A DNA stretch of 64,000 nt from an uncultured Planctomycetota bacterium. GTDB taxonomy: Bacteria; Planctomycetota; Planctomycetia; Isosphaerales; Isosphaeraceae. Position numbers and translations under genes: made by a program. Shown piece by piece: positions 40,685-51,851 of this stretch (positions within the stretch are counted from its first letter, which is position 1; each line of letters begins with the position of its first letter). Under the pieces are notes generated by a model, which had not been told where the DNA came from, searched no databases, and was given only the letters and a program-made list of their open reading frames with translations. The stretch spans positions 32,001-96,000 of the forward strand of contig CAWJTV010000041.1 of the NCBI GenBank assembly GCA_963845755.1. Reading direction: 5' to 3'.

Positions 40685-42390
40685 ATGCAGTACAATCCCA
40701 ACAATCCGCTGATCGTGCAGGGAGATCGCACGATCCTGCTGGAGGTCGATAACCCGCTGCACGCCGAGGCCCGCGACGCGATCGCGCCGTTCGCCGAGCT
40801 GGAGAAGAGCCCCGAGCACATCCACACCTACCGCCTGACCCCCCTGTCGCTGTGGAACGCCGCGGCGGCCGGCATGTCGGCCGAGGCGATGATCCAGGCG
40901 CTGGAGACCTATTCCAAGTTCCCGATCCCCGGGAACTTACCGCCCGACCTTCGCGAGCTGGTCGGCCGTTATGGGCGGGTCCGGCTGCACCGGGTCGACG
41001 GGCAGCTCCGGCTGACCACCGCCGACCGGCCGCTGCTGGAGGAGCTGGCGCGGCAGCGTGGCGTGCGCGATTACCTGGGAGAGCGGCTCGACGAGACCAG
41101 CTTTGCCATCGACGACGCCTTCCGGGGGATACTCAAGCAAGCGCTGATCTCCGTGGGATACCCGGCCGAGGACATGGCCGGGTACACCGCCGGCGCGGCA
41201 CTGCCGTTGGCCGTGCGGAAGGTTGCGGGATCCGGCCGGCCCTTCCAGGTCCGCGATTACCAGGAGGGGGCGGTCGCGGCTTTCTACGCCGGTGGAGACG
41301 CGCGCGGCGGCTCGGGCGTCATCGTCCTTCCCTGTGGCGCCGGCAAGACCATCGTCGGCCTGGCGGCCATCGCGGCGCTCCAGACCGAGACCCTGGTCCT
41401 GACCACCAGCACGACCGCCGTCGAACAGTGGAAGCGGGAGATCCTCGATAAGACCGACATCAAACCGGAACTGGTCGGGACGTATACCGGCGATTCCAAG
41501 ACGCTGGCGCCGGTGACCCTGGCGACCTACCAGATCGTGACTTATCGGCCCAAGAAGGACGGCGACTTCCCGCACTTCTACCTGTTTCAGGAACGCGATT
41601 GGGGGCTGATCATCTACGACGAGGTCCACCTGCTTCCCGCGCCGGTGTTCCGGATCACGGCCGATATCCAGGCCCGCCGCCGGCTGGGCCTGACCGCGAC
41701 CCTGGTCCGCGAAGACCACCGCGAGGAGGACGTCTTCAGCTTGATCGGCCCCAAGAAGTACGACGTGCCCTGGCGCGTGCTCGAGTCCAAGGGCTGGATC
41801 GCCGAGGCCCAATGCCACGAGGTCCGATTGAGCCTGCCCGGTCCGTTGCGGATGGAATACGCCCTGGCCGAGTGGCGGGAGAAATTCCGCCTGGCCAGCG
41901 AGAACCCGCTCAAGGATGAGCTGGTCGCCACACTGCTCGATCGCTTCGATGCGCCGGAGGACCGGGTCCTGGTCATCGGCCAGTACCTCAGCCAGGTGCG
42001 GCGGATCGCCGAGCGGTTCGAGGTCCCGCTGATCACGGGCCAGACCCCCAACTCCGAGCGCGAGGAGCTCTACGACAAGTTCCGCCGCGGCGTCCTGCGC
42101 CGGCTGGTCCTCTCGAAGGTCGGCAACTTCGCGATCGACTTGCCCGATGCCAACGTGATGATCCAGGTCTCGGGCACCTTCGGCAGCCGGCAAGAAGAGG
42201 CGCAGCGGCTCGGGCGGATCCTCCGTCCCAAGGACGGGGAGCGCCCGCGCGGTTCTATACGCTGGTCAGCCGCGATACCCGCGAGATGGACTTCGCCCAC
42301 CACCGTCAGCTCTTCCTGACCGAGCAAGGATACAACTATGAGATCCTCGATGAGGCCGACGTGGCCGAGCATGGCCTGGCACAGCCGTGA
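40685..42390 (+). CDS. XPB/Ssl2/Rad25-like DNA helicase, frameshift near 42245
   Basis: PLIVQGDRTILLEV, LPCGAGKT, DEVH, LGLTATL, QRLGRILRPK. Confidence 0.92.
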
Positions 42391-42443
42391 GCGGCCGTCC
42401 GGGGATCCTCGCCCGTAAGACCATCCCGCCGCGCGCACCTGGG

Positions 42444-42570
42444 GGATTCCGGATTCCCGATTCCGGATTCCGGATTCCGGATTCCCGATTCCGAATTCCG
42501 GATTCCCGATTCCGGATGGGATGATTTCGGATTGTGGAATCGGGAATTCTTGAATCGGGAATTCTGAATC
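42444..42570. repeat. tandem heptamer array (GGATTCC/CGATTCC)n with inverted copies
   Basis: About 10 tandem units followed by ggaatcgggaattc…gaatcgggaattctgaatcc. Confidence 0.85.
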
Positions 42571-42623
42571 CCTGTTTGATCGCGGAACCGTCGCGTTTGA
42601 CTCGAACCGGAAATTTGTAAACC

Positions 42624-42847
42624 ATGACCCGACCACACGGCCGAATCCCGGTGAAACTCCACAAGTGCGTGACCCTGATTCGCACCGCCGAGCCGGTGCT
42701 GGCCGAAGAGCTGCTGGCGCGGAAGTCGTTGCGCGCTGGGTCCTGGGCCGACTCTCCGATACGGTGCTCCTCGTCCAGCCGGACGAGTCGGATGCGGTGA
42801 TCGAGGAACTTCGCAAGATGGGGCACACGCCGCGCGTGGTGCGCTGA
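42624..42847 (+). CDS. small hypothetical protein (~74 aa, one frameshift)
   Basis: Reconstructed as MTRPHGRIPVKLHKCVTLIRTAEPVLAEELLARKSLARWVLGRLSDTVLLVQPDESDAVIEELRKMGHTPRVVR by adding one base near 42730. Confidence 0.65.
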
Positions 42848-42860
42848 AGGGTCCTTGCCC

Positions 42861-45164
42861 ATGTCCGTCGCCTCGCAATCACCTCCGTCGTCCCCATCGG
42901 GGCCTTCGCCGGACCAGCCGCGACTGGCGTACCGCACGGCGCTCGGGCGCTACAAGGGGTCGCGGCTCGCCGCGATCCGGCTGGCTCAGGGCCTGCTCCC
43001 GGACAGCGATCGGATCCGGCCGGCCGCTGGCGCCGAGGAGATCACGCAGCACCTGGACCATCCCGCCGCCGTCGAGGCGCTGGCCGCGCGGGTGCCGATC
43101 GGCTCGCGGCTCGCGCTGAGCCTCTTCGCCGTGACCGAGCGGATGTCGATGCCCGTATCGGGCCTGTCCCATGCGCTGGCGATCCTCGGTGCCGAGCCCG
43201 TCGCGGCGCTGGTCCGGCTGCTGGAGCTGGGCCTGCTGGTGATCGAGCCGAATGCCGAGCTAGGTCCCATCGACGAATTCGCGACCGCCCTGATGCGGAC
43301 GAATGAAGCCGATCTCCAGATCCTGGTCCATCCGACGGTTCCGCACGCGGTCCGCACGGTCCGGCCCGACGTGAGCCTGCCGGCGGTCCCGGGCGCCGTG
43401 GTGCAGGTTCGCGAGTCGGATGGCCTGGAGCCGATCCTGCGGCTTGGGGCACTGTGGCAGAGGGCCGGAATCGAGCCGATTCGACGGACTCAGCACGGGG
43501 ACCTCTACAAGCGCGACCGAGAACGGATCCACGAAGATCCCGTCTTGATCGGCGCGATCTCCGACGCACTGGTGCCGCTGCCCGGACTGGCCATGCTGTG
43601 GCTGGAACTGGCCGGCCATGTCGGTGTGATCGAGCCGGACCCCTCCGGCCAGCGGCTCCTGGCGGCCCCGCCCAGCTTCTGGATCGACAACGCAGTCCAC
43701 CTTCCGCACATGATCGCGACCGGCTGGCTGGCGTTGCGGAACTGGCATGAACTCCGGGATCCGGCGGCCGAGCGGACCGTCGCGAACCGGGCTGTACCCT
43801 ATCTCCGGCCCGCCCTCTTGTTCTGGTTGGCCACGCTCGGAGATGGCGAATGGGTCGCGCTGGACGATCTGGCTACCCACCTCACGGATCGGTATCCCGA
43901 TTGGGATCGCCTGCATCTGGCGATCCCGCCTCGCACCGAGCCGGGGACCGCACCCTATCCGACCCGGCGCCGCACAACGCCGCAGGGCCGATCGGGGTCG
44001 GGTGCCGATCCAACGACGCACGACCTGAACTTGCTGGAGTCGATCCTGTTGGGCGCCGCTTATCCCCTGGGGCTGGTCCGGGCCGCGGAGGAGGAGGGAT
44101 CCCGACGTCGCGTCGCGCAATTGACCTCACTGGGGCGCTACGCCCTCGCGGCCGGCCCGACACCACCGCCCCGCCCGACGTTCGACCAGTTCCTGTTCGT
44201 GCAGCCGAACTTCGAGATGATTGCCTACCGACAAGGCCTGACGCCCCGCCTCGTGGGCCGACTCAGCCGGTTCGCCTGGTGGTCGCAGATCGGCGCCGCG
44301 CTGGAGCTGAAGCTGACGCGGTCGTCGATCGAGCTGGGCCTGGCGGGAAGCCTGACGCCCGAGGCGATGATCGAGACGCTGGCGCGGCACACCCAAAGGC
44401 CCCTGCCGGCCGGCGTGGTCAACGCGATCCGGACCTGGGCCACCCGCCGCGAGCGCATCACCTATTATGCGGCGGCGACGTTGATCGAGTTCGGCTCGGC
44501 GGCCGAGCGGGACCAGGCGCTGGAGACCTGGCCCCGGCATGACCGAGAGCCGCCGACGCCCGTCGCCGAGCGCTTCTTGCTGGTCAACGAGGAGGGGACG
44601 ATCCCGTTTGACCGGTTCCGCCTGACCGGGTCGCGCGACTACCGCCGGCCGCCCGAGGCGTGCATCACGATCGAGCCCGATGGCATCTCGATGGCTCTCG
44701 ACCCGGCCCGTTCCGACCTCATGGTCAACGCGGAGCTCGGCCGATTCGCCGACGAGGTCCCTCCGTCGGGACAGGTGCTCGAGCGAGCCGGGGAGCCCGA
44801 GACGCGTCGGTACGTGGTCACTCCCGCGTCGTTGCGCCGGGGAACGAACCGGGGCGTCAACCTGCATCAGCTCGCCGAGTGGTACGCGCGAAGAACGGGC
44901 GGTGGGGTCCCGCCCGCCGTCCGGCTGCTTCTGGCGTCGCGGACTTCACGCGTCACGCCCCTCAAGATCGCCCGCCTGACGGTCCTCAATCTGCCCACCG
45001 CCGAGCTGCTCGACGGGTTGCTCCAGCACCCCGCCACTCGCCAATGGCTGGGCGACCGCCTCGGTCCGAAATCCGTGTCAATACGCGACGAGGACCTCGA
45101 GCCTCTCCAGAAAACCCTGAAGGAGATGGGGATCAGTCTGGACGCGGAACGACCCGAGGCGTGA
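42861..45164 (+). CDS. helicase-associated protein with XPB N-terminal-like (Helicase_C_3) domains
   Basis: LFVQPNFEMI…LTRSSI..G…G.T.E.MI..L..H…PLP..V…I..W pattern; downstream of XPB. Confidence 0.8.
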   Translation: MSVASQSPPSSPSGPSPDQPRLAYRTALGRYKGSRLAAIRLAQGLLPDSDRIRPAAGAEEITQHLDHPAAVEALAARVPIGSRLALSLFAVTERMSMPVSGLSHALAILGAEPVAALVRLLELGLLVIEPNAELGPIDEFATALMRTNEADLQILVHPTVPHAVRTVRPDVSLPAVPGAVVQVRESDGLEPILRLGALWQRAGIEPIRRTQHGDLYKRDRERIHEDPVLIGAISDALVPLPGLAMLWLELAGHVGVIEPDPSGQRLLAAPPSFWIDNAVHLPHMIATGWLALRNWHELRDPAAERTVANRAVPYLRPALLFWLATLGDGEWVALDDLATHLTDRYPDWDRLHLAIPPRTEPGTAPYPTRRRTTPQGRSGSGADPTTHDLNLLESILLGAAYPLGLVRAAEEEGSRRRVAQLTSLGRYALAAGPTPPPRPTFDQFLFVQPNFEMIAYRQGLTPRLVGRLSRFAWWSQIGAALELKLTRSSIELGLAGSLTPEAMIETLARHTQRPLPAGVVNAIRTWATRRERITYYAAATLIEFGSAAERDQALETWPRHDREPPTPVAERFLLVNEEGTIPFDRFRLTGSRDYRRPPEACITIEPDGISMALDPARSDLMVNAELGRFADEVPPSGQVLERAGEPETRRYVVTPASLRRGTNRGVNLHQLAEWYARRTGGGVPPAVRLLLASRTSRVTPLKIARLTVLNLPTAELLDGLLQHPATRQWLGDRLGPKSVSIRDEDLEPLQKTLKEMGISLDAERPEA

Positions 45165-45214
45165 GCAGGGTACCCCGGATGCCAGCAAGCCGGCGCGCCA
45201 ATCGTCGGGCGACG

Positions 45215-45485
45215 TCAGTGCCTGTATCCTCGGGCGGAAGGACCGCGATACGACTCGATCGCCCCTGGGCGAGTCCACCACCAGTAGCCGAGCACGCAGA
45301 GAAGGCCCACGCCGACCAGGATGAATCCTGGAGGCTCGGGGACCAATGCGACGGTCGTGATTCCCGTGAAGGGGAAGGAGTTCTGGTAGCAGATTCCAGA
45401 ATGCCCGACGCTCTCGTTTCCAGGGGGTTTCCGGGATACTGCAGAACGTCAGCTCCGGCGCGGGATACTCGATGACCTCGCTCAT
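45215..45485 (-). pseudogene. chimeric remnant: short N-terminal gene fragment plus orphan PEP-CTERM tail
   Basis: MSEVIEYPAP…WKRERRAFWNLLPELL is followed in another frame by VPEPPGFILVGVGLLCVLGYWWWTR. Confidence 0.45.
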
Positions 45486-45608
45486 CGTTTTCACTTTGAC
45501 GATCGGGAGGATCCGTAGGTTAGCCTTTCTCCCAATCTACTCCATCGTCTGCTCGGTTAAACAGCCGATTGTCGGTCATGGTGCATTGCATCTGCGGAGA
45601 CGTCTCGA

Positions 45609-47226
45609 TCATCCTCCCCGCGTTGTCGGCGCCTGATCGCCGGGGCCCGGCTTGACGACCTGCCAGTGCGGTTTCGTAGGTGACGTGGTCGTTGAGTCTA
45701 TCTGATCCTGGCCGGCGGGAGGCACGACCTTGAGATCGGTCGGCTCGCGGGTTGGAGCAGGGGCCGGGGAGGCCGGGATCGGATGCCAGGCGATGCGCTG
45801 GGTGGGGCCGGAGGCCGGCTGAGGCGCGCGGTTGCCGGAGTCGACCGGGTCGGGGATCCCCAGCAGTTTGGGGTGCGGGAGCATCACGTCTCCCTCACCG
45901 CCGACGGCCCGCCGCAGCTTGCGTTCGTCGGCGTCTGGTGACTGGGCGCGCGCCACCGGCGTCAGCGTGCGCCGGGGCCGGGCGGGCCGGGCGGATGGCG
46001 ATTCTGATGGCGATGGCGAGCGATCGTCGGCGACCAGGGTGCCCGAATTCGAGCCATAGTTGACCGGAGCGTACAGCGCCATCAGCTTGTTGCGGTCGAG
46101 GATGCTGTAGATCGACCGAGGCGTGGCATAGAGGCCGTGATCGCCCCGTGGCTCGGCGAAGTTGCACACGCCCGCGATGTAGAAATCGGTGGTGAACAGG
46201 CCGCCGCCGGAACGGCCTTGCTTGGGCGCCTTCCAGCACTCCATCGCCTCGTACTCGGGGTTGCCGGCCAGGCCCTGCATCCGCGGGTTGAGGATCTTGG
46301 TATACCAGGCCGTGGCGTCGTGACCCTCCGGGCAGCCGACTGCAAGCATCTTCATGGGGTGCGGCGTGCTCTTGGGCTCCCAGTGGGCCGGCACGACCCG
46401 GCTGGCCGGAAGCTGCCGGCCCGGACGGATCCGGATCAGCCCGACGTCGCGCGTGAAGTCGTAGTCCACCGCCTCGCCTCGGACCGACTCGAGATAGCCG
46501 ACCTGGGCCGGATTCGTGCCTTGTAGCTGGCCGTCGAACAGGTCGATGACGATCTTGCGCGGGAACTGCTTCGGATCGGACGCCTGCCGGCTCCCCTCGA
46601 GTTTGAAGATATGGCGCACGTCAGGATGAGCGACTGCTGGGGCGTGCTGTAGATGATCGTCCCCGAGCCGAAGCCGGTCGAATGAGGGCCGATGATCTTG
46701 ATCCGAACGACCGTCTCCGCCGGGTGCGGATTGACGAAGCTCGCGGATCGTCGGGTCTCCGACTCCGGTCGATCGTCCGGGTCGTCGCGACGAGTGCGCG
46801 ACCGGGCTCCGGCGGCTTCATCATCGTCGTCATCCGAGTCGGCCCGGGAACGTTCGCGTGTGACGACATGCGCGTTGGAGTTCTCAGGCGGCTGGGCCTT
46901 CGCCTTGGCCGCCACGTAGAACCTGGCCAGCGCGGCGGCGGACTGGAGTCCGCTGGTGCGGTCGATTTCTCGGCCTGAGGCGTCGACGACGATGAAGGTC
47001 GGGACGCGGTCGACACGGTAACGCGCCGCCACATCGCTGTCCTGGTCAAGGTCGATCGACTTGACTGGATAATGTTTTCGGATCAGTTCCTTGACGGCCC
47101 CGCGCATCTGCCGGCAGGGGCGCACCCTTCGGCGTGGAAGTCGAGCAAGACGGGCGCGTCAACCGCGTCACTCGACGGGGCATTCGTCGCGGTGAGCAGA
47201 GCGAGCAGCAGGGTGGCAAGGGTCAT
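45609..47226 (-). CDS. exported thioredoxin-domain + trypsin-like protein (frameshifted)
   Basis: Signal peptide, LLDFH..(G)C.PCRQM…VPTFIV, then GSGTII…LILTCAH, DVGLIRI and GRSGGGLF. Confidence 0.8.
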
Positions 47227-48018
47227 ACGGCAAGGACTCCTTTCCCTCGGGAATGCCCACGGCCGGCCGCAGGAATGCCGCCGCGCGTGGGCTGGACCAG
47301 CTCGGTGTCACGCGCCCCGGGATGAGGCGAGGAACGATCCGTTGGCCGGGCCTTCGGACGCGAGGAGGGCAGGTGGACCGTCAACTCGGCGAAGGGCCAG
47401 GGTCTGGCCTCGCCGGGTGCGAGTGGACGGACCGCGTCCGCGGGGGCGGACGTGTTCGCCGAAAGAAGTGGATGAAGTTCGAGATGACCGACGACGTGCC
47501 GGGGACCGCGGTCCCCGACCCTTCCTTGGACGGCGCGCCTCGCGCTGTGGGCCCCGCGACACATCATCATGGCGTGTCGCGTCCCGCCGATCGAGCCTTC
47601 CGTTGATCGGCGCGCAGCACCGGTATAACCGGCGTGCCCGACGACCCCCAAACGGCCCGGCGACGGTCCCGTGGCGACGGCGTGCTCCCTCCTGGCCTCT
47701 AGACCACCCCAGCCTCCGGCCGGGGGTGTGCGAGATCCCGAGGGGTTCGCGTTCACCGCGGTGAGCCCCTTGTACTAGGAGTGGACGAGGAGTACCAGAT
47801 CAGTTATCGGCTTTTTGTCCGCGGCTCTTGAGTCGTTTTTTCAATCCTAGGACAAACCGCGCTCGAGAGCTTCCGCAGGCTTGCGGGATCTCGCGATAAA
47901 GATGGGTTTTACGGATCAGGCGGGGTCTTGAAAAAAGATCGGACAATCGAGCAGAATCGCTTCGCCTGGAATCATATACGGAAAGCCGAATCACCGAAAG
48001 ACGGGAGCAACGCGACCC

Positions 48019-48396
48019 ATGAAGCTGAACCACCTTAATCTCACGGTCACGGACGTCCCCGCAACGCGTGAGTTCCTCGAAAAACACTTCGGGCTGCGGA
48101 AGATGGGCGGGAACGACAACCTCGCACTTCTGTTCGACGACAACGGCTTGGTGCTCACCCTGACGAGCATGAAGATTGGCAAGGAAACCGAAGTCCGGTA
48201 TCCGGCCACATTCCACATCGGCTTCGCCCAGGAAGGCGAGGAAGCAGTGAACGCGATCAACCGGCGCTTGAAGGAGGATGGATTCGATGTTCCACCTCCT
48301 TCCAGACAACACGGATCGTGGACCTTCTACTTCCAGGCTCCCGGTGGGTTCACGATCGAGGTCCTCTCCGCGCTCAACGATGAACGGATTCAGTGA
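48019..48396 (+). CDS. VOC/glyoxalase-family protein
   Basis: LNHLNLTVTDV…FHIGF…FYFQAPGGFTIEV. Confidence 0.88.
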   Translation: MKLNHLNLTVTDVPATREFLEKHFGLRKMGGNDNLALLFDDNGLVLTLTSMKIGKETEVRYPATFHIGFAQEGEEAVNAINRRLKEDGFDVPPPSRQHGSWTFYFQAPGGFTIEVLSALNDERIQ

Positions 48397-48476
48397 TGGG
48401 TCCAAGCGGACCCCATGGAGTCCGGGTCACCGTTGAGGCGGGACGAGGAAACGCCGACGAGCCGGACGATTCCCTC

Positions 48477-49126
48477 TTACGGCTCCAGTTCCTTGATTTC
48501 GATGTCCTTGAACCGGACTTCCATCGGCTGAGGCCAGACGTGGATCTGCAGCGCGATGATCCCGTCCTTGTGGAACTTGGGATCCTCGCGGTCGATGATG
48601 CGCGTGCCGTTGAAATCGATGGTGACGTGCGACCCCTTGGCGGTGATCACGAACTCGTTCCAGTCGCCCTTCTTGACGAGGGGTTTGGCTTTCTTCGTCT
48701 GATCATCGAGGAAGCCGCGTCCGCGCTCCTCGTAGAGGAGGCCCCAGTACTCGTCGGACACGTCGGCCTGAGGGCCCGAGACGACGCCGTCGTCGGCGCG
48801 CTTGCTGCGAAACTGGATTCCCGAGTTGCCGTTGCGGATCTTGACCTTGGCCTTGAGCACGAAGTCGCCGTAAGGCTTATCGGTCACCAGGAACTCGTTC
48901 TTCTTGAGCTTCTCCTGGGTGGTCCGGCCGACGATCTCGCCATCTTCGACCGCGAACAAGGACTTGTCCGCGGGCGTGACCCAGCCAGTGAGATCCTTGC
49001 CGTTGAACAACGGATGAAAGTCTTTGGATTCCTGGGCCCACGCCGCGGCGCGAAACACGACGCGGCGAGGCTGAAGGCGCCCAGGAACAGCAGCGACGAC
49101 GCCGCGAGGCGTAAGGATTGAATCAT
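48477..49126 (-). CDS. DUF1080 (3-keto-disaccharide hydrolase-like) exported protein, frameshift in signal region
   Basis: LFNGKDLTGW, NSGIQFRS, WNEFVI, G.IALQIH, FKDI.IKEL. Confidence 0.88.
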
Positions 49127-49355
49127 CGGTGGTGTCCTTCTCCCTACCCCGAGGGCCGGCCGTCTTCTGGATTTTCCGGGCGGCCGGCGTGCGGGGATCG
49201 ATCGTGAGGGTGAATCGAACGAGGTTCTTCGTCGGTCGATTGTGCCGGCGCCGGCCTGGCCCGTCAATCACCGAGCCGACGCCCGGGTGGCGTCCGGTCG
49301 CGGCTGCCGGTAGAATCGATGGCTTTCCACCATGCAAAGACCTCTACCTTGGTTG

Positions 49356-50348
49356 ATGGCCATGCCCTTCGCGGACGACCTGAGCCGGTTCGGACCCGGT
49401 TCCTCGATGCGCGTCACGCGCGACGAGGCCCTGGCTTACTGCGCCCGGTTGACGGCGACGCATTACGAGAACTTCAGCGTCGTGACCCGCCTCACCCCGC
49501 TCGAACATCGACCTGCCTTCCAGAGCATCTACGCATTTTGCCGATGGTCCGACGACCTGGGCGACGAGATCGGCGACACGCGGCGGTCGATCGAACTCCT
49601 CGACTGGTGGCGGGACGAGCTGCGTGAGATGTACCGAGGTCATGCCCGCCACCCGGTGATGATCGCGCTGGCCGAGACGGTCGCGCGCGACGGCATTCCC
49701 ATCGAGCCGTTCGAAATCGCTGATCTCGGCCTTCGAGCAGGACCAGTCGGTGACAGAATACCTTACATATCATCAATTGATTGATTATTGTACGAGATCG
49801 GCGAATCCCGTCGGCCGGCTGGTGCTGTATGTCGCGGGATCGCTGAGCCCGGAGAATGCCCGGCTCTCCGATACCACCTGCACCGCGCTCCAGCTCGCCA
49901 ACTTCTGGCAAGACGTGGCGCGGGACCTCGCCATCGGTCGGATCTATCTGCCGCGGGAGGATCGGGAGCGCTTCGGCTACGCCGAGTCCGACCTGCGCGC
50001 GCTCCGGTTCACGCCGGCTTTCGCCGAGTTGTTGAAGTTCGAGGTCGAGCGGACTCGCGGCTTGTTCGCCGAGGGGCGCGCCTGGTGGCGCGAGTCCCGC
50101 GAGCGTTCGCCGTGGACATCGATCTGTTCTCGCGCGGCGGCCTGGCCATCCTCGATCGGATCGAGGCCCGTGGGTTCGACGTCTTGAGTGGCCGGCCGTC
50201 CTTGAGCCGATGGACCAAGCTCCGGCTGCTCGGACGCGCGGTGTTGGCGATGACGGTCGTCCGCCTGCTCGACGCGTTACCCGGTGTGGCGACGAACGGT
50301 ACCCACGAGATCGCCCCCTCGCCGACGCATCCGGAGAGCTCCCCGTGA
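49356..50348 (+). CDS. hpnC: squalene synthase HpnC (frameshifted)
   Basis: HYENFSV, IYAFCRWSDDLGDE, YCTRSANPVGRLVL, CTALQLANFWQDV. Confidence 0.9.
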
Positions 50349-51226
50349 AGACGGACCGGGCGCTCGAGGAGAGTTACCGTTTCTGCGGCGCGTTGTCACG
50401 GCGCGAGGCGCGGAACTTCTACTATGCGTTCCTGCTCTTACCTCGATCGCGTCGGCGGTCGATGTGTGCGCTGTACGCGTTCATGCGGCACACCGACGAC
50501 CTGGCCGACGAGCCCGGCACGACCGAGGCGAAGGCCCACGCACTCGACGCCTGGCGGCAGGCGCTCGACACCGCGCTGGCCGGCCGTTGCGGCAACGCCT
50601 GGCCGGGACACCCCGCCCTGAAAGACACCGTAGAGCGGCACGGAATCCCCGCGCAACTGCTTCATGAGGTCATCGAGGGGGTCTCGATGGACATCCAGCC
50701 GCGCGGCTTCGCCACCTTCGCCGACCTGGCCGATTATTGCTACCACGTCGCCTCCGTCGTCGGCTTGAGCTGCCTGCACATCTGGGGCTATCGTTCAGAA
50801 GGGGGTCTGGCCGAGCGCCTGGCCGAGCATTGTGGAATCGCGCTACAACTGACCAACATCCTCCGCGACGTCGGCGACGACGCACGGAACGGCCGGATCT
50901 ATCTGCCCGGCGACGACCTGGCGCGGTTCGGCGTCAAGCCGGAGGAACTGGCGGTCACGGTCAGCCCAGTGGTCGGCTCCGCGAGCTACTGGCCTTCGAG
51001 GCACGACCGCGCCTACGAATACTATGAGGACGCTCGTCCGCTTGTCCGGTTAGTGAATCCGGTGGGCCGGCCCGTGCTCCGGACCATCGTCGGCATCTAC
51101 CGCTCCCTGCTCGACGAGATCGCGGGCGATTACCAGGTTCTCGACGGCCGCATTTCGCTCCCGCCCGGCAAGATCGCGATCGCACTCGAGCGTTGGCGGG
51201 TTGAATGTTGGCGTGGAGAAATTTGA
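50345..51226 (+). CDS. hpnD: presqualene diphosphate synthase HpnD (several indels, 3' end uncertain)
   Basis: NFYYAF, LYAFMRHTDDLAD, YCYHVASVVG, GIALQLTNILRDV..D…GRIYLP. Confidence 0.85.
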   Translation: MKTDRALEESYRFCGALSRREARNFYYAFLLLPRSRRRSMCALYAFMRHTDDLADEPGTTEAKAHALDAWRQALDTALAGRCGNAWPGHPALKDTVERHGIPAQLLHEVIEGVSMDIQPRGFATFADLADYCYHVASVVGLSCLHIWGYRSEGGLAERLAEHCGIALQLTNILRDVGDDARNGRIYLPGDDLARFGVKPEELAVTVSPVVGSASYWPSRHDRAYEYYEDARPLVRLVNPVGRPVLRTIVGIYRSLLDEIAGDYQVLDGRISLPPGKIAIALERWRVECWRGEI

Positions 51227-51543
51227 CGGCTGGGGCCGAGTGCGTAATGACACGTACGGCCATCCGCAGCTTCGAAGGCGGTCGCCGTCGCGTGACGGTA
51301 TACATCTCGCTCCTGCGGCACGCCGTCGCTCCAGTTGCCAGGCGTAAGGAAGCGTTGGCCGTGAACTAGGGCGTCGGCCATCGTGAAGGAATGATCGCCG
51401 GGCCGTGTCCACGTGCCCGATTTCTGGAAAGCCGTTTCAGAGGCGAGGTGAGGGAGAGGTTGCATGGAAAAGAAATATTTGAAAATCACGAGATTCTGTG
51501 GACAAACAGAGCCGGCTTCAGGTATCCTGAAATGGGAGACATC

Positions 51544-51795
51544 ATGTGCGACCAGAACGAGCGAGACGATGACGACTTGCTCCTTCGCATCGAAGGGGGG
51601 GAGGAGCAGGCCCTGACCGAGCTGTTCACCCGACACCGTGAGCGGCTGCGGCGGATGATCCGGCTTCGTCTCGACCGGCGACTGCAAGGGTGGATCGACT
51701 CCGCCGACGTCCTCCAGGACACCGACCTCGAGGTCACTCGGCGGGCGCGGCTCAAGGCGATGCTCAAGGGCATACCCGGATTCCTCGATAACTAG
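51544..51795 (+). pseudogene. internally deleted ECF sigma factor
   Basis: Region-2 start (ALTELFTRHRERLRRMIRLRLD…DSADVLQD) is joined directly to the extreme C-terminus (RLKAMLKGIPGF*). Confidence 0.75.
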
Positions 51796-51851
51796 GGCGG
51801 AGGGATCCACCGGATGTTCTCCCGACGAGCCACGTAGCGAACGGAGAGACC

